A stretch of DNA of 63,614 bases, the filler included, from Octopus bimaculoides (Eukaryota): the NCBI RefSeq assembly GCF_001194135.2. It is 8 parts of 7 records of this genome, joined end to end, with 100 filler letters (N's around TTAATTAATTAA, not from the genome) between each part and the next. Parts side by side here need not be neighbours in the genome. Positions count along the whole stretch, not along the records: positions 1 to 9,226 come from NC_068981.1; positions 9,327 to 27,809 come from NC_068987.1; 6 more parts are not named here. One strand, given 5' to 3'. Below are positions 1-12,659 of this stretch, in pieces (position 1 is the first letter of the stretch; every line of letters begins with the position of its first letter). A program made the position numbers and the translations under genes. Below the pieces are notes generated by a model. It was not told the DNA's origin. It was given only the letters and a program-made list of their open reading frames with translations, and did not search any database.

Positions 1-117
1 GAAGAACATGATGGTGATGATGGTGACGGTGATGATGATGGTGATAATTTATGCATCCCAAATGAGAACAGGAATAAACTATTAATAAAAATAATGCTAA
101 TAATAACAACAAAAACA

Positions 118-250
<133 letters not shown>

Positions 251-259
251 GGATTTCTT

Positions 260-1300
260 CGGTCACATGGGCCCAAGACATTGAGGACAATCTCAAAGGA
301 CAAAATTAATAGGCAAGCAATGGAAGCTCACTATTTCGAGCCCGGGAGCTCTCCGCTCGTATTGAAGTGTTTTGAAGGTTGTAGCAAAGACCTTCAACGT
401 AGGATTCGTCCTGAGGAAGAGGTGTATCCTAAAGAATCGCGAGGAGTTTATGGCTCAGGCTGGAATAAGTTTCGAGCCAGTCAAGTGATGATATCTTGTG
501 CTGAAGAATTGCTCGGTTGAAAGCAGGTTCGGTTGCTGGGTCTGTGGCGTTCAGATACCATCCAGCACAAAATAACTGGTGATTATCCCGGGAGAGGCTT
601 TTGACAGGGGTCCGAGTGACACATCATCTATCCGTGAAACCAACAGAGAACTGGAATTCTCGCTATCCGTAATGGTCATGGTCCGGTGCTCTAGGCAAGT
701 TTTAGACTAGGATTTACCAACATGGCAGCTTCCACAGTGGAAGGCTTTGCGAAGAGAGTCAGCGAATTCCTACGGGATATCTTCGGTGTCTGAGCAACTG
801 CGATCTGCATAGCACGAACAAGCATCCAATCAGCAATCTGAGAGGAGAATTTTTTGATGACCCGTGATGGGGTGTTTGCAATACCGAGACTTGTGAAACC
901 CTAAAGTTCTTGAGATCAGAATAGGAGGAAAGTGGCAAGTAGGGGAGGCTGTCAGGGCTGCTGAGTCACGGGTAAGACACAGGGCACTGATGGGTGTTGT
1001 GCTTGGTGGAAGAGTTCATTTGTGTAACACTACAACGCCTTACTGTAAGGTGCAAGCGAAGGACAAGAGGCTACTGGTCTGGAATGAGGTGTGAGCTTAA
1101 ATTGAGGCGGAACCAGGCCTTAAGATGAGGCGTCAGGGTGTCTGACTACCGGATAAAATTTTTAATTCAGGCAGTTTACGATGTCCCACCGGGGCCATTC
1201 AACTTGTTCTGCTGGGGAAAGTTGGGGTTACAAGATGCACTCAGCCGTGCACGAGAAAAGGAACTCTGGTGTACACCTTCAGTAGTTCTTCAATACACCC
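260..1300 (+). mobile_element. Decayed HERO-clade (R2 group) non-LTR retrotransposon fragment, RT C-terminal region
   Basis: Broken-frame translations STVEGFAKRVSEFLRDIFG, EIRIGGKWQVGEAVRAAESRVRHRALMGVV and RIKFLIQAVYDVPPGPFNLFCWGK match motifs recalled for HERO ORFs (GRKW..EAV..AESRL.H, RIKFLIQAVYDVLPSP.NL..WG); stops and frameshifts are present. Confidence 0.8.
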
Positions 1301-1759
1301 ACGTATTTGTATATATATATATATATATATATATATNNNNNNNNNNNNNNNNNNNNNNNNNNNNNNNNNNNNNNNNNNNNNNNNNNNNNNNNNNNNNNNN
1401 NNNNNNNNNNNNNNNNNNNNNNNNNNNNNNNNNNNNNNNNNNNNNNNNNNNNNNNNNNNNNNNNNNNNNNNNNNNNNNNNNNNNNNNNNNNNNNNNNNNN
1501 NNNNNNNNNNNNNNNNNNNNNNNNNNNNNNNNNNNNNNNNNNNNNNNNNNNNNNNNNNNNNNNNNNNNNNNNNNNNNNNNNNNNNNNNNNNNNNNNNNNN
1601 NNNNNNNNNNNNNNNNNNNNNNNNNNNNNNNNNNNNNNNNNNNNNNNNNNNNNNNNNATATATATATATGGGAGAATATACAAATAATAACAACAGACGA
1701 GGACAGGTGGTGTAAATAACAAAAGTATATATTAGTATGACGCTCGGGAATACGGAAGG

Positions 1760-1796
1760 TCTTTGACGTTTCGAGCTACGCTCTTCAACAGAAAGA
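1760..1796 (-). ncRNA. Minimal type I hammerhead-like motif (variant core CUGUUGA), Penelope pLTR type
   Basis: Minus strand TCTTT-CTGTTGA-A-GAGC(GTA)GCTC-GAAA-C-GTC-AAAGA: 5-bp stem I, 4-bp stem II, palindromic ACGT stem III, GUC cleavage triplet; A6 replaced by U. Confidence 0.55.
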
Positions 1797-2051
1797 ATAC
1801 GGAGACAAGGAGAAAAACACGGAGAAAAAAAATTGAATAGTGTTCAGTCAACGGTCAACAATGACTGACCGGAAGTTAGAAATTCTTATTTCAGGAGAGC
1901 TAAGAAAGGGGGAGGTGTGTATATATGTGTATATATATCATTTTTCATAAATATATCGTCAGTATTTCTTCGTGCAAAGCATTTCGAGTAAAGAGCCGAA
2001 CGACTGTGAGAAATTTACTGAACTTCAACGAATGACCTGTGTCTTTGTCAT

Positions 2052-2085
<34 letters not shown>

Positions 2086-2624
2086 ATATGAATCCACACG
2101 CGCGTGTGTGCGTGTGTGTGTGTGTGTGTGTGTGCATGGAGTAAGTGCATTTCGAGCCGGTACTCTGTAACATTGCATGACAATATAACTTAAATTGTGA
2201 CATTAGTTTTTGTTGGTAGATAATTGCATGCTTATTTGCTGTACACTACAAGTTTAAAGTTTAATTGATCTGATTTTCCGATGCTGTCAAATATCGAGAA
2301 ACCATTTCGTGTTTAGATACACGATCAATCAATCAACTTGATTTATAGTTGTTTAAATCAAGTAATGTGTGTGTCTGTACGTATGTGCACGTGTTCGAAT
2401 TTATGCAGGTATGTGCATTGAGAATGTATGTGTGTATGTGTCATGTATGTGTGTAGGGATGTGTATATGTGTGTATGTGAGTATGTGTATGTATGTGTGT
2501 ATGTGTGCGAATGTACATGCGATGTACTTTGATGTGACCGCTTCTTCTTCCAGTGTGGCTCCGTATTTTTTCTGTTTCTGTAATTTATGAGTGTCTGTTG
2601 ATAAGTGTGTGCATGTGTGTTTGT

Positions 2625-2843
2625 GTGTGTTGGTATGAGGTTTATACTGTGTGTGGTGTGTGTGTGTGGATGTGTGTCGTGTCGGTATTAGTTTTATACT
2701 CTGTGTGTGTGTATTGGTATGTGTGTGTGTTGGTATGAGTTTTATACTGTGTATGTGTGAGTGTGTGTGTGTGTATGTATGTGTGTGTGTTGGTATGAGT
2801 TTTATACTGTGCGTGAATGTGTGTGTGTGTTGGTATGAGCTTT

Positions 2844-2886
<43 letters not shown>

Positions 2887-2896
2887 NNNNNNNNNN

Positions 2897-2933
<37 letters not shown>

Positions 2934-3200
2934 AGTGTGTGTGTGTGACCGTGCGTGTTTGTATGTATGTTTGTATGAATTGTGTGTGTGTATATGCTGG
3001 TTTGAGTTTTATACTCTGTGTGTGTGAATGTGTGTGTGAACGTGTGTGTGTGTATGTTTGTGTGAATATGTGTGTTGGTATGAGTTTTATACTGTGTATG
3101 TGTGAATGTGTGTGTGTGTGTGTGAACATGTGTGTATGTGTATGTTTGTGTGAATGTGTGTGTGTGTTGGTATGAGTTTTATACTGTGTGTGAATGCGTG
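2625..3200. repeat. (GT)n-based minisatellite with a recurring ~20-bp motif TTGGTATGAGTTTTATACTG
   Basis: About 8 copies (near 2631, 2683, 2730, 2790, 2830, 2998, 3075, 3167) separated by variable GT-rich spacers. Confidence 0.9.
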
Positions 3201-3370
3201 TGTGTGAACGTGTGTGTGTGTGTGTATGTTTGTTTGTGTGTGTGTGTGTGTGTATGAGTGTGCGTGTGTGTATTTTTCTAAATATTTTTGCTGTGATATG
3301 TGGGTGTTATTTTGCAGTGTGAAAACGAGTGATCCAAGTGTGAGAGAGAAAAAGAGAGAAAGAATTAGAA

Positions 3371-3411
<41 letters not shown>

Positions 3412-4249
3412 TAGAAAGAGAGAAGGAGGGAGGCAGAGGCAGAGAAAAAGAGGGAATGTCAGAAACATGAAGACACAAATACATCCATCCACACATAGAC
3501 ACATACATAAATACATACACACACATATACACCTACAGACACACACCCATACACACGCACACATACTCTCTCTCTCTCGCTCTCTCTCTGACACGCACAC
3601 ACACACACATATATGCTCATAGTTAGGTAGATAAATAGAGGGAGAGAGAAAGAGAAACTTGGAGACAGAGAGTGACATACATACGTACATACACATACAC
3701 TTATAAACACATACACAGACAGACAGACATATATACATAGATGGATAGATAAGTAGATAAATAGAGAGAGAGAGGGGCAGGGAAAGAGAGAAGGGGAGAC
3801 AGGAGACGGACAGACAGAGGGGAAGTGTGAGAGGGAAGAAGAGGACATGGATTTGGTCTTTTCATTTTCGGATAGTTTTTTTATATTTACGAAATTGAAG
3901 TTTGTGTGTGTGTGTGTGTGTGTGTAAGCGAGTGTGCGAGTGTGTGAGTGTGTGTGCGTGCGCGTACGTATGTGTGTGTGCGCGTACGCGCGTGCATGCG
4001 TCAATATTCTTGTCGTTCGATGTTTCCTTGTGTGGTTTTTATATCCTGTGCATTTGTTTGCAGATTTGTATTTTATGTGTGTATAAGAGTAATCGAATGT
4101 ATATGTACAATTGCATATATAGATATATTACACACACACACACACACATACACACACACATTGCTATCTGTGTGTCTAATTCTTTGTCTCTAAACTTGTG
4201 CGTAGAGAAAGGTCTTGAAAAACAGAAAGAATGAATGATAGCTAGATAA

Positions 4250-4251
4250 AG

Positions 4252-4295
<44 letters not shown>

Positions 4296-4296
4296 G

Positions 4297-4345
<49 letters not shown>
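4250..4345. repeat. (GATA)n/(GACA)n microsatellite
   Basis: Directly visible. Confidence 0.95.
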
Positions 4346-4526
4346 GCATATCAGCAGGCAATAACTGCAACTTTAGCCTCGATGCTATATTACGGAATTA
4401 GAACAAGTGCTGTGAGAAGTTAGAGGTGAAACGTTAATGTGTTTCTTGTACAACTGTAGAATGTTTTAGAGGGAAATTAAATCGATTTCTATACATAACT
4501 CAAATCTATCTTCTGTCTGATCATGT

Positions 4527-4557
<31 letters not shown>

Positions 4558-4664
4558 TACCTACCTGTATCTGATGTCTGTCTACTCGTGTCGTTGGTAG
4601 CCAATCACTGAGTATCAAAAGAATGACTTGAAATACCATACGTAATGTCCGCAACGTCTGTATC

Positions 4665-4890
4665 AGCCTCGATGTAGCGCCTCGTTGTAACGCCTCAATG
4701 AAGCGCCTCGATGAAGCGCCTCAATGTGACGCCTCTATATAGCGCCTCAATGTGGCGCCTCTATGTAGTGCCTCGATGTAGCGCCACGATCTGGTGCCTT
4801 GATGTAGTGCCTCGGCGTAGCGTCTCGATGTAGCGCCTCGACGTAGCGCCTAGATGTAGCGCCTCGATGTGGCGCCTCGATGTAGCGCCT
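4665..4890. repeat. 13-bp GC-rich minisatellite, consensus CCTCGATGTAGCG, ~17 units
   Basis: Regular 13-nt periodicity with point variants (gcgcctcaatgaa, gcgcctctatata, gcgcctcgatgtg). Confidence 0.92.
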
Positions 4891-5134
4891 CCACTCTATT
4901 GAAAAAACTTTTAGGCAAGTCGTATCAAGATGTCTGCTGACACTACCGGTCGCAATTTTGGAAGCGATGAAGCGTCGTAATCTCTGTGTGTCCACGGAAA
5001 ATCCCAAATTGTTTCAGTCCCAGTTTTCGTTTACAATACACAATGGAGGCAATAAAAGGAAAAAGAGGTTGAAAGGGGAATTTAAAAAGACAAAAATAAA
5101 AGGGGACAGGATAAAAGAATAGAAAGAAGAAAAT

Positions 5135-5420
5135 GATCTCGAGGATGTTGCACAGACGTTTGCTGAAGAAAGTCTGTAGCTAACTCTTTTTGCCCTTTCG
5201 GTGACCCTCCAAGTTTCGGTGACCCTTAAAGAAGAACGGCCTTCACATTGTTTAAGTTGAGGGAGATGGCTTCGAAGTTCCAAACTGGTTGAAGACTATT
5301 GAATACATCTTGTCGGTGCTGGACCTCACATCCTCCTTTGTTGCACCCATCTTTGACAAGATGCTGCCAAGATACACAAACTTTTTGATGTCTAGAAAAG
5401 CGTCGGCGACAGTTCAGTTA
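5135..5420 (-). mobile_element. RTE-clade LINE reverse transcriptase fragment (decayed)
   Basis: Minus-strand pieces DIKKFVYLGSILSKMGATKEDV, SLQPVWNFEAISL, NVKAVLL*G, ETWRVT and QTFFSKRLCNILEI follow the RTE RT motif order FVYLGS...NVKSVLLYGSETW...CLRNIL. Confidence 0.75.
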
Positions 5421-5910
5421 GGTAATATGTATCTATCCATGTGAAGATATATAGAGTTTATAAAGCTTTCATTTTTGAAGCTAGGGAACACGCACACACA
5501 TACACACACACATGCACACACAAACATACGCACGCACACACATACGAACACATACACGAACACACACACACATGCACAAGCGCACGCCCATACACACACA
5601 CGCACGCAGACACGCACACATACACATACACACACATACACAATACTTTAATTGGAAAACGTGAAGTTCGAACAACCGTTTTCTTTATGAATATGAGGCG
5701 ATTTTCGAAAAAATGATGGTAAGCATATTCTGGATTACTCCTATATATTATTTCAAAATATATTCAAATATCAAATAATTTTACTGGTACTTACATCCGA
5801 TTAATATTATTGTCACAGTAACATTGGCTCTTATGAATCATTTCTCATTAGACCATATATATATAATCAAATATTTAATAAGCATTCTATAAAACATTCG
5901 TATTCAACTA

Positions 5911-6037
5911 CAGGGTGTTCATAAAGTCTGGGTCCATGGGGATTAACACATACTTTAAGAAATTATTATTTCTAATATTTAATTGTTTATACTATGATTT
6001 TATTTACTTCGTGTGCCCAGACCTTGTGGACACCCTG
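5911..6037. mobile_element. Tc1/mariner-type MITE, 127 bp, TA target duplication
   Basis: TA-CAGGGTGTTCATAAAGTCTGGG ... CCCAGACCTTGTGGACACCCTG-TA; TIRs match at 19 of 22 positions. Confidence 0.85.
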
Positions 6038-7554
6038 TACTTAAAACTGTATCTGAAATTTAGTATATTAATATATAAGGTTCGCAAACATAATGAAACC
6101 ATTAACCAACAAAATACAAGTCGGTGCAGTATTTCCTTTATAATATGCGTTCTTTAATATCTTACTGTGTCATTTAAACTATTTCATAGAACGGTTTAGT
6201 TCCTACCAGCTACAACTCGGAATGGCTGCAAATCCATTTAAACAATAATTAATTCGCACGTGCATTTCTCTAAAAAACACAATTGAAACAAGCAAACTTT
6301 TTTACTTCATACATCTGGTTGTTAAGGAATAGATTCAACAATATATTTTAAACCCAGCATGCTATCTGAAGCTAATCCGTTTAAATAAAATAATACCCCT
6401 ATAACCTTTGCACCATTGAGGGTTACCACATTTCTGCAAACATCTCCATTACACGACTGCAGATCAAAAAGGTATTCCAAACAGAAATGAAAGAAAATTT
6501 AAAGCCTACAAATTTTACAAATCAGTCATCTTTCTACATTGCGAACAAGGCAGATATCCCTCATGCATACGTGCATCATCTACTGTATTAACGTATCATT
6601 CTTTCTGTTATTCCAGACATAAAATATGAGATTTTTGTAACTCATTATTAGTTTGTTGAATGTTTCGCACCAAATCTAATCCGATGTGTGTAACAGTCAG
6701 CGTTAGTGTATTTCGACTCGCATTTAGTTAACATTGGAACCGACGACACTCGCGTTCCATCATCGTGTGAGTGTAACTAGGAATTTGAGAAGATTTTACG
6801 AAATGCTTTGATCAACTTGTAAATATCGATTTAGTTCAATAACAGAATAATACTCCTCATAATCTTTGAAATTGTTTAATCAATTTCGTCCCTCTCATCC
6901 ACGCTGTTTACGGCATATCTAGTTGTTACTCTTAAACATCAGTCAACTGCTGTCTATCCAATGGTTACATCGAATTAAATGTAGATGGTCACTTTGTACA
7001 TTATTGGAGCATGCGAGTTTTATATTTCATTTTGAGGTTAAATTTCGCTACAAATTGTATCAACAGAATGAAAGACGTCGCAGCAAAAATCTCGATTACT
7101 AGACACACAAAGAATTAATGATATCTTCTGAATTATTCCAGACCACTTAATAGAAATAGAAAAAAAAAAGGTGAATCGTTGTCAACTTATAAAAGCATAC
7201 AAACAACAAACGTTATTAACTTCTTTTTCAAACAATGTCTTTACTAAAACACATCAAAGTCCGATGATGGACTGTCAACAATATATATTTAAGTGCGTGC
7301 AAACATATGTATATTTATATACATACACGCCCAGCCAAACCCTTCCCACCACACACGTGTGTGTGTATGTGTGTGTGTGTGTGTGTATGTGTGTGTGTGT
7401 AACGTGTTTGCACGCGTGTGTGAGCGTGTGCTTGTTCGCGTGTGTATGTGTGCGTGTGCATACATACGTGCACATGTGCATGCATATCTTTGTCTTTAAA
7501 TACTTATATTTAAAGGTATTTGCATATGTGTAACGTATAATCTCTATCTATCTA

Positions 7555-7620
<66 letters not shown>

Positions 7621-8456
7621 AGTCAGTGTATCTGTCTGTCTCTCTTTCTTTCTCTCCCCCCCTCTCTCTCTCTCTCAGACGCCATGATGGATCTAAGGTA
7701 AAGATACAGGAGGTGGTCAGATTCTGCATAAGTAGACAACCACCATATATACATACATGCATACATACATACATACATATATATATATACATACATACAT
7801 ATATGTTGACATAGAGTGGTAAATAAATCGATATTGGATATATCGAGTTTGAAGTCTCTATTTCTTTTAAATATACGAATTTAAAAGTTAAAAACCTTGA
7901 TATATATANNNNNNNNNNNNNNNNNNNNNNNNNNNNNNNNNNNNNNNNNNNNNNNNNNNNNNNNNNNNNNNNNNNNNNNNNNNNNNNNNNNNNNNNNNNN
8001 NNNNNNNNNNNNNNNNNNNNNNNNNNNNNNNNNNNNNNNNNNNNNNNNNNNNNNNNNNNNNNNNNNNNNNNNNNNNNNNNNNNNNNNNNNNNNNNNNNNN
8101 NNNNNNNNNNNNNNNNNNNNNNNNNNNNNNNNNNNNNNNNNNNNNNNNNNNNNNNNNNNNNNNNNNNNNNNNNNNNNNNNNNNNNNNNNNNNNNNNNNNN
8201 NNNNNNNNNNNNNNNNNNNNNNNNNNNNNNNNNNNNNNNNNNNNNNNNNNNNNNNNNNNNNNNNNNNNNNNNNNNNNNNNNNNNNNNNNNNNNNNNNNNN
8301 NNNNNNNNNNNNNNNNNNNNNNNNNNNNNNNNNNNNNNNNNNNNNNNNNNNNNNNNNNNNNNNNNNNNNNNNNNNNNNNNNNNNNNNNNNNNNNNNATCA
8401 TTTTTCGGTATTTAACAATTGTCGCTTCAAATCGGAGAATATATATTATTATGCAG

Positions 8457-8478
<22 letters not shown>

Positions 8479-8490
<12 letters not shown>

Positions 8491-9226
8491 GTGTGTTTGT
8501 AGTGCAGGTATGTACGCCTATATTTATTTAAATGTATCTCTATGTATGCGTGATTATGCCTTTTTATGCATGTATCATTGACGCTACTGTGTTTTATTTA
8601 TATTTTATTTATTATGAACCTTCGCATAACATTTTGAAAATTATTGTCGTATCCTGTGGTATTTTCATGGACGTATCCTGAGAGAAATGTATTTTCTTCT
8701 ATAACTTTACATGAAGAGAAACTTTACGAGACAAACTTTTCATAAATGCAACTCACGAAACTGTCAGCACTTGCGTCATATATTTAGTGCTACACAAACG
8801 CAGACCCACACACTCAAACATAAGCACACATATACACACATGCGTCATATCTGTATATATACTAGTATATACTTACATATGCACGTAGATGTATCTATAT
8901 ACATAAACATTTATATGCATCTATCTATCTATACACAAACACACACACATACTCTTGTATGTGTGTGTGTTTGTCTCGTAAAGTTTCTCTTCATGTAAAG
9001 TTATAGAAGAAAATACATTTCTCTCAGGATACGTCCATGAAAATACCACAGGATACGACAATAATTTTCAAAATGTTATGCGAAGGTTCATAATAAATAA
9101 AATATAAATAAAACACAGTAGCGTCAATGATACATGCATAAAAAGGCATAATCACGCATACATAGAGATACATTTAAATAAATATAGGCGTACATACCTG
9201 CACTACAAACACACATGTATATATAT
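8479..9226. repeat. Long perfect inverted repeat (258-bp arms 8479-8736 and 8969-9226)
   Basis: Arm 2 is the reverse complement of arm 1 with no mismatch seen by eye, and it runs directly into the gap and linker. Confidence 0.9.
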
Positions 9227-9326
9227 NNNNNNNNNNNNNNNNNNNNNNNNNNNNNNNNNNNNNNNNNNNNTTAATTAATTAANNNNNNNNNNNNNNNNNN
9301 NNNNNNNNNNNNNNNNNNNNNNNNNN
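9227..9326. other. Artificial scaffold-joining linker (44 N + TTAATTAATTAA + 44 N)
   Basis: The 12-mer, with stops in all six frames, is at 9271-9282 and recurs identically at 27854-27865, 37498-37509, 46075-46086, 48740-48751, 61156-61167 and 62419-62430, always inside a 100-nt N block. Confidence 0.95.
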
Positions 9327-9429
9327 CACTACAGTATCGAAATGTGATTGTTTCAGTTAGTGGAATAGTTTCATTTTTAAAGTGAAAGTATTTGACATGA
9401 GTGTTTTTGTTTCACTTTTGACACGTAAT

Positions 9430-9581
9430 ACTTAAATAGTGGAGGAGATATTATATTGCCGTGTGCTCGAACTCTGCAAGAAGTTAATAATTTTGTTTGA
9501 CTAAAACACAACTGGAACCCTAAGGCATGTGTAAAATTTGAATGAAATTGGTTGCGTAGTTCTCGAGTTTTAGGGATTCAC

Positions 9582-9612
<31 letters not shown>

Positions 9613-9639
9613 CACATTCTCATTTTTATATATATAGAT
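9430..9639 (+). mobile_element. Putative non-autonomous Helitron-like (Lep1/MINE-type) 3' end carrying (GACA)n
   Basis: The layout aaatttgaatgaaattggttgcgtagttctcgag-(GACA)n-short spacer-TATATAGAT resembles microsatellite-carrying rolling-circle elements; family assignment is from recall only. Confidence 0.45.
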
Positions 9640-11276
9640 ATACATATATATAGCCATATTATCTCTCCTACATTGTTATTTTAAGTTTTACTACATCTAA
9701 TTAAACTTCTGAACGTTTTTTTTTTAAATATTTATAGCCACAGCAAGTATTTTCTATAATTAATTCTGTAATATTACCAACTAATTTCCTATTTGTTTTA
9801 ATTATTTACCTTATATTTAATACACATAAACAAATATTAGTTCTTAAACTAACACAACTCCATTTTATGTAGCTCTTTAAGCATTTCTGCCCCTAACTCT
9901 TGTCCTAGTTGCATTCTAGAAGCCTAGTGTATACTACATTCCTAGTTTAATTTCATTCTCACGCATAATTTTTTTTTAATATACACCGTACCTATTATTC
10001 CTTATAACTGTCAAGTCATATCCTAATTCAGACATAACTATGCTTTTCCATTGGACATTTCTATAAACCCCCCTCTAATAAATGACTTATCTGGAGTGTG
10101 AATTGCTTATCTACTTACTCTTCTATAGAAGGAACGTCTCTTAAAACCTTTTTCACTTATATTTTCAAATAACCTTTAGTTGCTTTAGTTTTAGTTTTTA
10201 CGCAACTAGAATCACATTACTTTATTATGACGCTCTCAATTTTCATAAGGATTAATATGTATATCCGAAACTGTTCTCTGCTATTTTCTTCATCAAGTCC
10301 TCAGTAATAATATTTTTTTGTTTATACTTCTTGCACTGAGGAGAACAGTGATATGTAATTGATTGAATTATTCTACCATGAATTTACATGTTTTAATACC
10401 GCTGTTTGAAACGATCGCATGTATTAAAATTCTTTCAAATTTTAACATCTTCTCTTCTCCATTTTTAACAAATTTGTTGAGTTCTATGGGATACCTTTCC
10501 ATAAATTCTCATAACAGACCAAATACAAGTATTATTTTCATATTTACAAATTCACGCCAGCAAGCTACCAGTAAAATATGAAGAATCTTTATTAGAAATC
10601 TCTTTTTTGGAACCCTCCAACATAAAGGATGAAATATAATTCAACCTTTTCACACACATCCACACACGCACACACACACATATATATNNNNNNNNNNNNN
10701 NNNNNNNNNNNNNNNNNNNNNNNNNNNNNNNNNNNNNNNNNNNNNNNNNNNNNNNNNNNNNNNNNNNNNNNNNNNNNNNNNNNNNNNNNNNNNNNNNNNN
10801 NNNNNNNNNNNNNNNNNNNNNNNNNNNNNNNNNNNNNNNNNNNNNNNNNNNNNNNNNNNNNNNNNNNNNNNNNNNNNNNNNNNNNNNNNNNNNNNNNNNN
10901 NNNNNNNNNNNNNNNNNNNNNNNNNNNNNNNNNNNNNNNNNNNNNNNNNNNNNNNNNNNNNNNNNNNNNNNNNNNNNNNNNNNNNNNNNNNNNNNNNNNN
11001 NNNNNNNNNNNNNNNNNNNNNNNNNNNNNNNNNNNNNNNNNNNNNNNNNNNNNNNNNNNNNNNNNNNNNNNNNNNNNNNNNNNNNNNNNNNNNNNNNNNN
11101 NNNNNNNNNNNNNNNNNNNNNNNNNNNNNNNNNNNNNNNNNNNNNNNNNNNNNNNNNNNNNNNNNNNNNNNNNNNNNNNNNNNNNNNNNNNNNNNNNNNN
11201 NNNNNNNNNNNNNNNNNNNNNNNNNNNNNNNNNNNNNNNNNNNNNNNNNNNNNNNNNNNNNNNNNNNNNGATTCTA

Positions 11277-11420
11277 TCAGTTTCTGTCTACCAAATCCAC
11301 TCAAATAGGCTTGGTGGCCTGATAATAAAGTAAAAGACACGTACCTAAGGTGGCACGCAGTGGGACTGAACACGAAACCATGTGGTTGGGAAGCAGCAAA
11401 CTTTTTACCACACAACCACA
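11277..11420 (-). mobile_element. tRNA-derived SINE family B (CORE-like)
   Basis: Reverse complement gives GTGGTTGTGTGG (A box), GTGTTCAGTCCC (B box), then GTGGATTTGGTAGACAGAAACTGA, shared with the other family B copies. Confidence 0.8.
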
Positions 11421-11481
11421 GTACTTCAGCATGGCCACCGCAGTAAAATGAATGAAAAAAGTATAGGAATAAAAGAATATA

Positions 11482-12600
11482 TATTAGATTGTTTCACATG
11501 AAATGCCGCATTTTTAATTACTTATCATTTCAGTCATTTAAAGACTCAATTATGCATCCATTGCATTTAATCTTGACTCTTTTTCTTTCCTAACAGTATT
11601 GGTATACAAAATTCGTACTCGCAGACCTTATGAAAATGATAACAAACAAACTATGTTGAGTGATTTTCTCGTATGCTGCAGAAGCTTTACGGAATATCAA
11701 GCGGGCCTTTGGTAACGGTTTTGTTGAAATCAGAACTGTTCAGTGATGGTTCCAAAGCTCTCATTCATGAGATGATAATCTTGAAAATAAACCAAGGGGC
11801 AGGCCGAAATCAGTTATTCGGCATGATGGATGAAATGCTTTGGTTGAACAAAATCCGAGAACAAAGGTTCTCAAACGTTCATCAGAACTCCAAACACCTC
11901 GCACAACTGTTTGTGGACACTTGTAAAAAATTGGAAAAGGCAAGAAAACGGATAGGTTTGTTTCACATGAACTGGCGAGATTAAAAAATACAGACGTCTC
12001 GAAGTGTGCTCTTTATTGCTTTCTCGACTAGGGAAAGACCATTTTTGCATCAAATCATTACTTGTGATGAGAAATGGATAGTCTTTGACAACAGCAGGAG
12101 AACTGGACAGCGATTAGATGCGGGAGAGTCACCTAAACACTACCCAAACCCACCATTGCACCCTAAAAAGTTAGTGGTCACCCTTATAGTAGTCTGCGAA
12201 GGAGTTATTCCTTATTCATTTTTGCAACAAGAAAAAACGGTAACAGCAACATCGTATTGTCAGGAAATTGATTGTATGCTTGAAAATTTGAAACAGAAGC
12301 AACGCAGACTAGTGAACAGAACTGGGCCAATTTTGCTCCACGACAATGCACGACCTCAGACTCCTCAAGCTATGGTTCAAAAGTTGCAAAACTTGAATTA
12401 TAAGATTTTTCAACATCCTCCCTATTCCCCTGATATCTCTCCTATTGATAATCACTTATTTCATCATTTCGAGCTTTTCATAAGCAACAAAACATTCTTA
12501 AATAGAGAAGAGGTAATTGAAGCATTGGGATAGCTTAACAGTAAAAAGATGATTTTATTTTTAAAACGTCATAAATGAACATGGATTATATTTTGACTAC
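11482..12600 (+). mobile_element. Decayed mariner (DD34D) transposon
   Basis: ORF 12006-12533 has ITCDEKW, LLHDNARP and HPPYSPDISPIDNHLF; frameshifted N-terminal HTH pieces lie upstream; TIR-like TATTAGATTGTTTCACATGAAAT at 11482; no right TIR found. Confidence 0.9.
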
Positions 12601-12659
12601 ATAAATCATTTCTCTAACACTTCTGAATATTTTATTGTTGCCTTTCAAATACGACATTT

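Noticed and set aside
2625-3200. CRISPR-like repeat-spacer pattern (also 23328-23427)
   Set aside because: Spacers are GT microsatellite or too few; animal genomic context; no cas genes or leader.
9271-9282. Recurrent TTAATTAATTAA palindrome (7 copies) as a biological motif
   Set aside because: Always centred in an exact 100-nt N block and encodes stops in all six frames, so it is an artificial concatenation linker.
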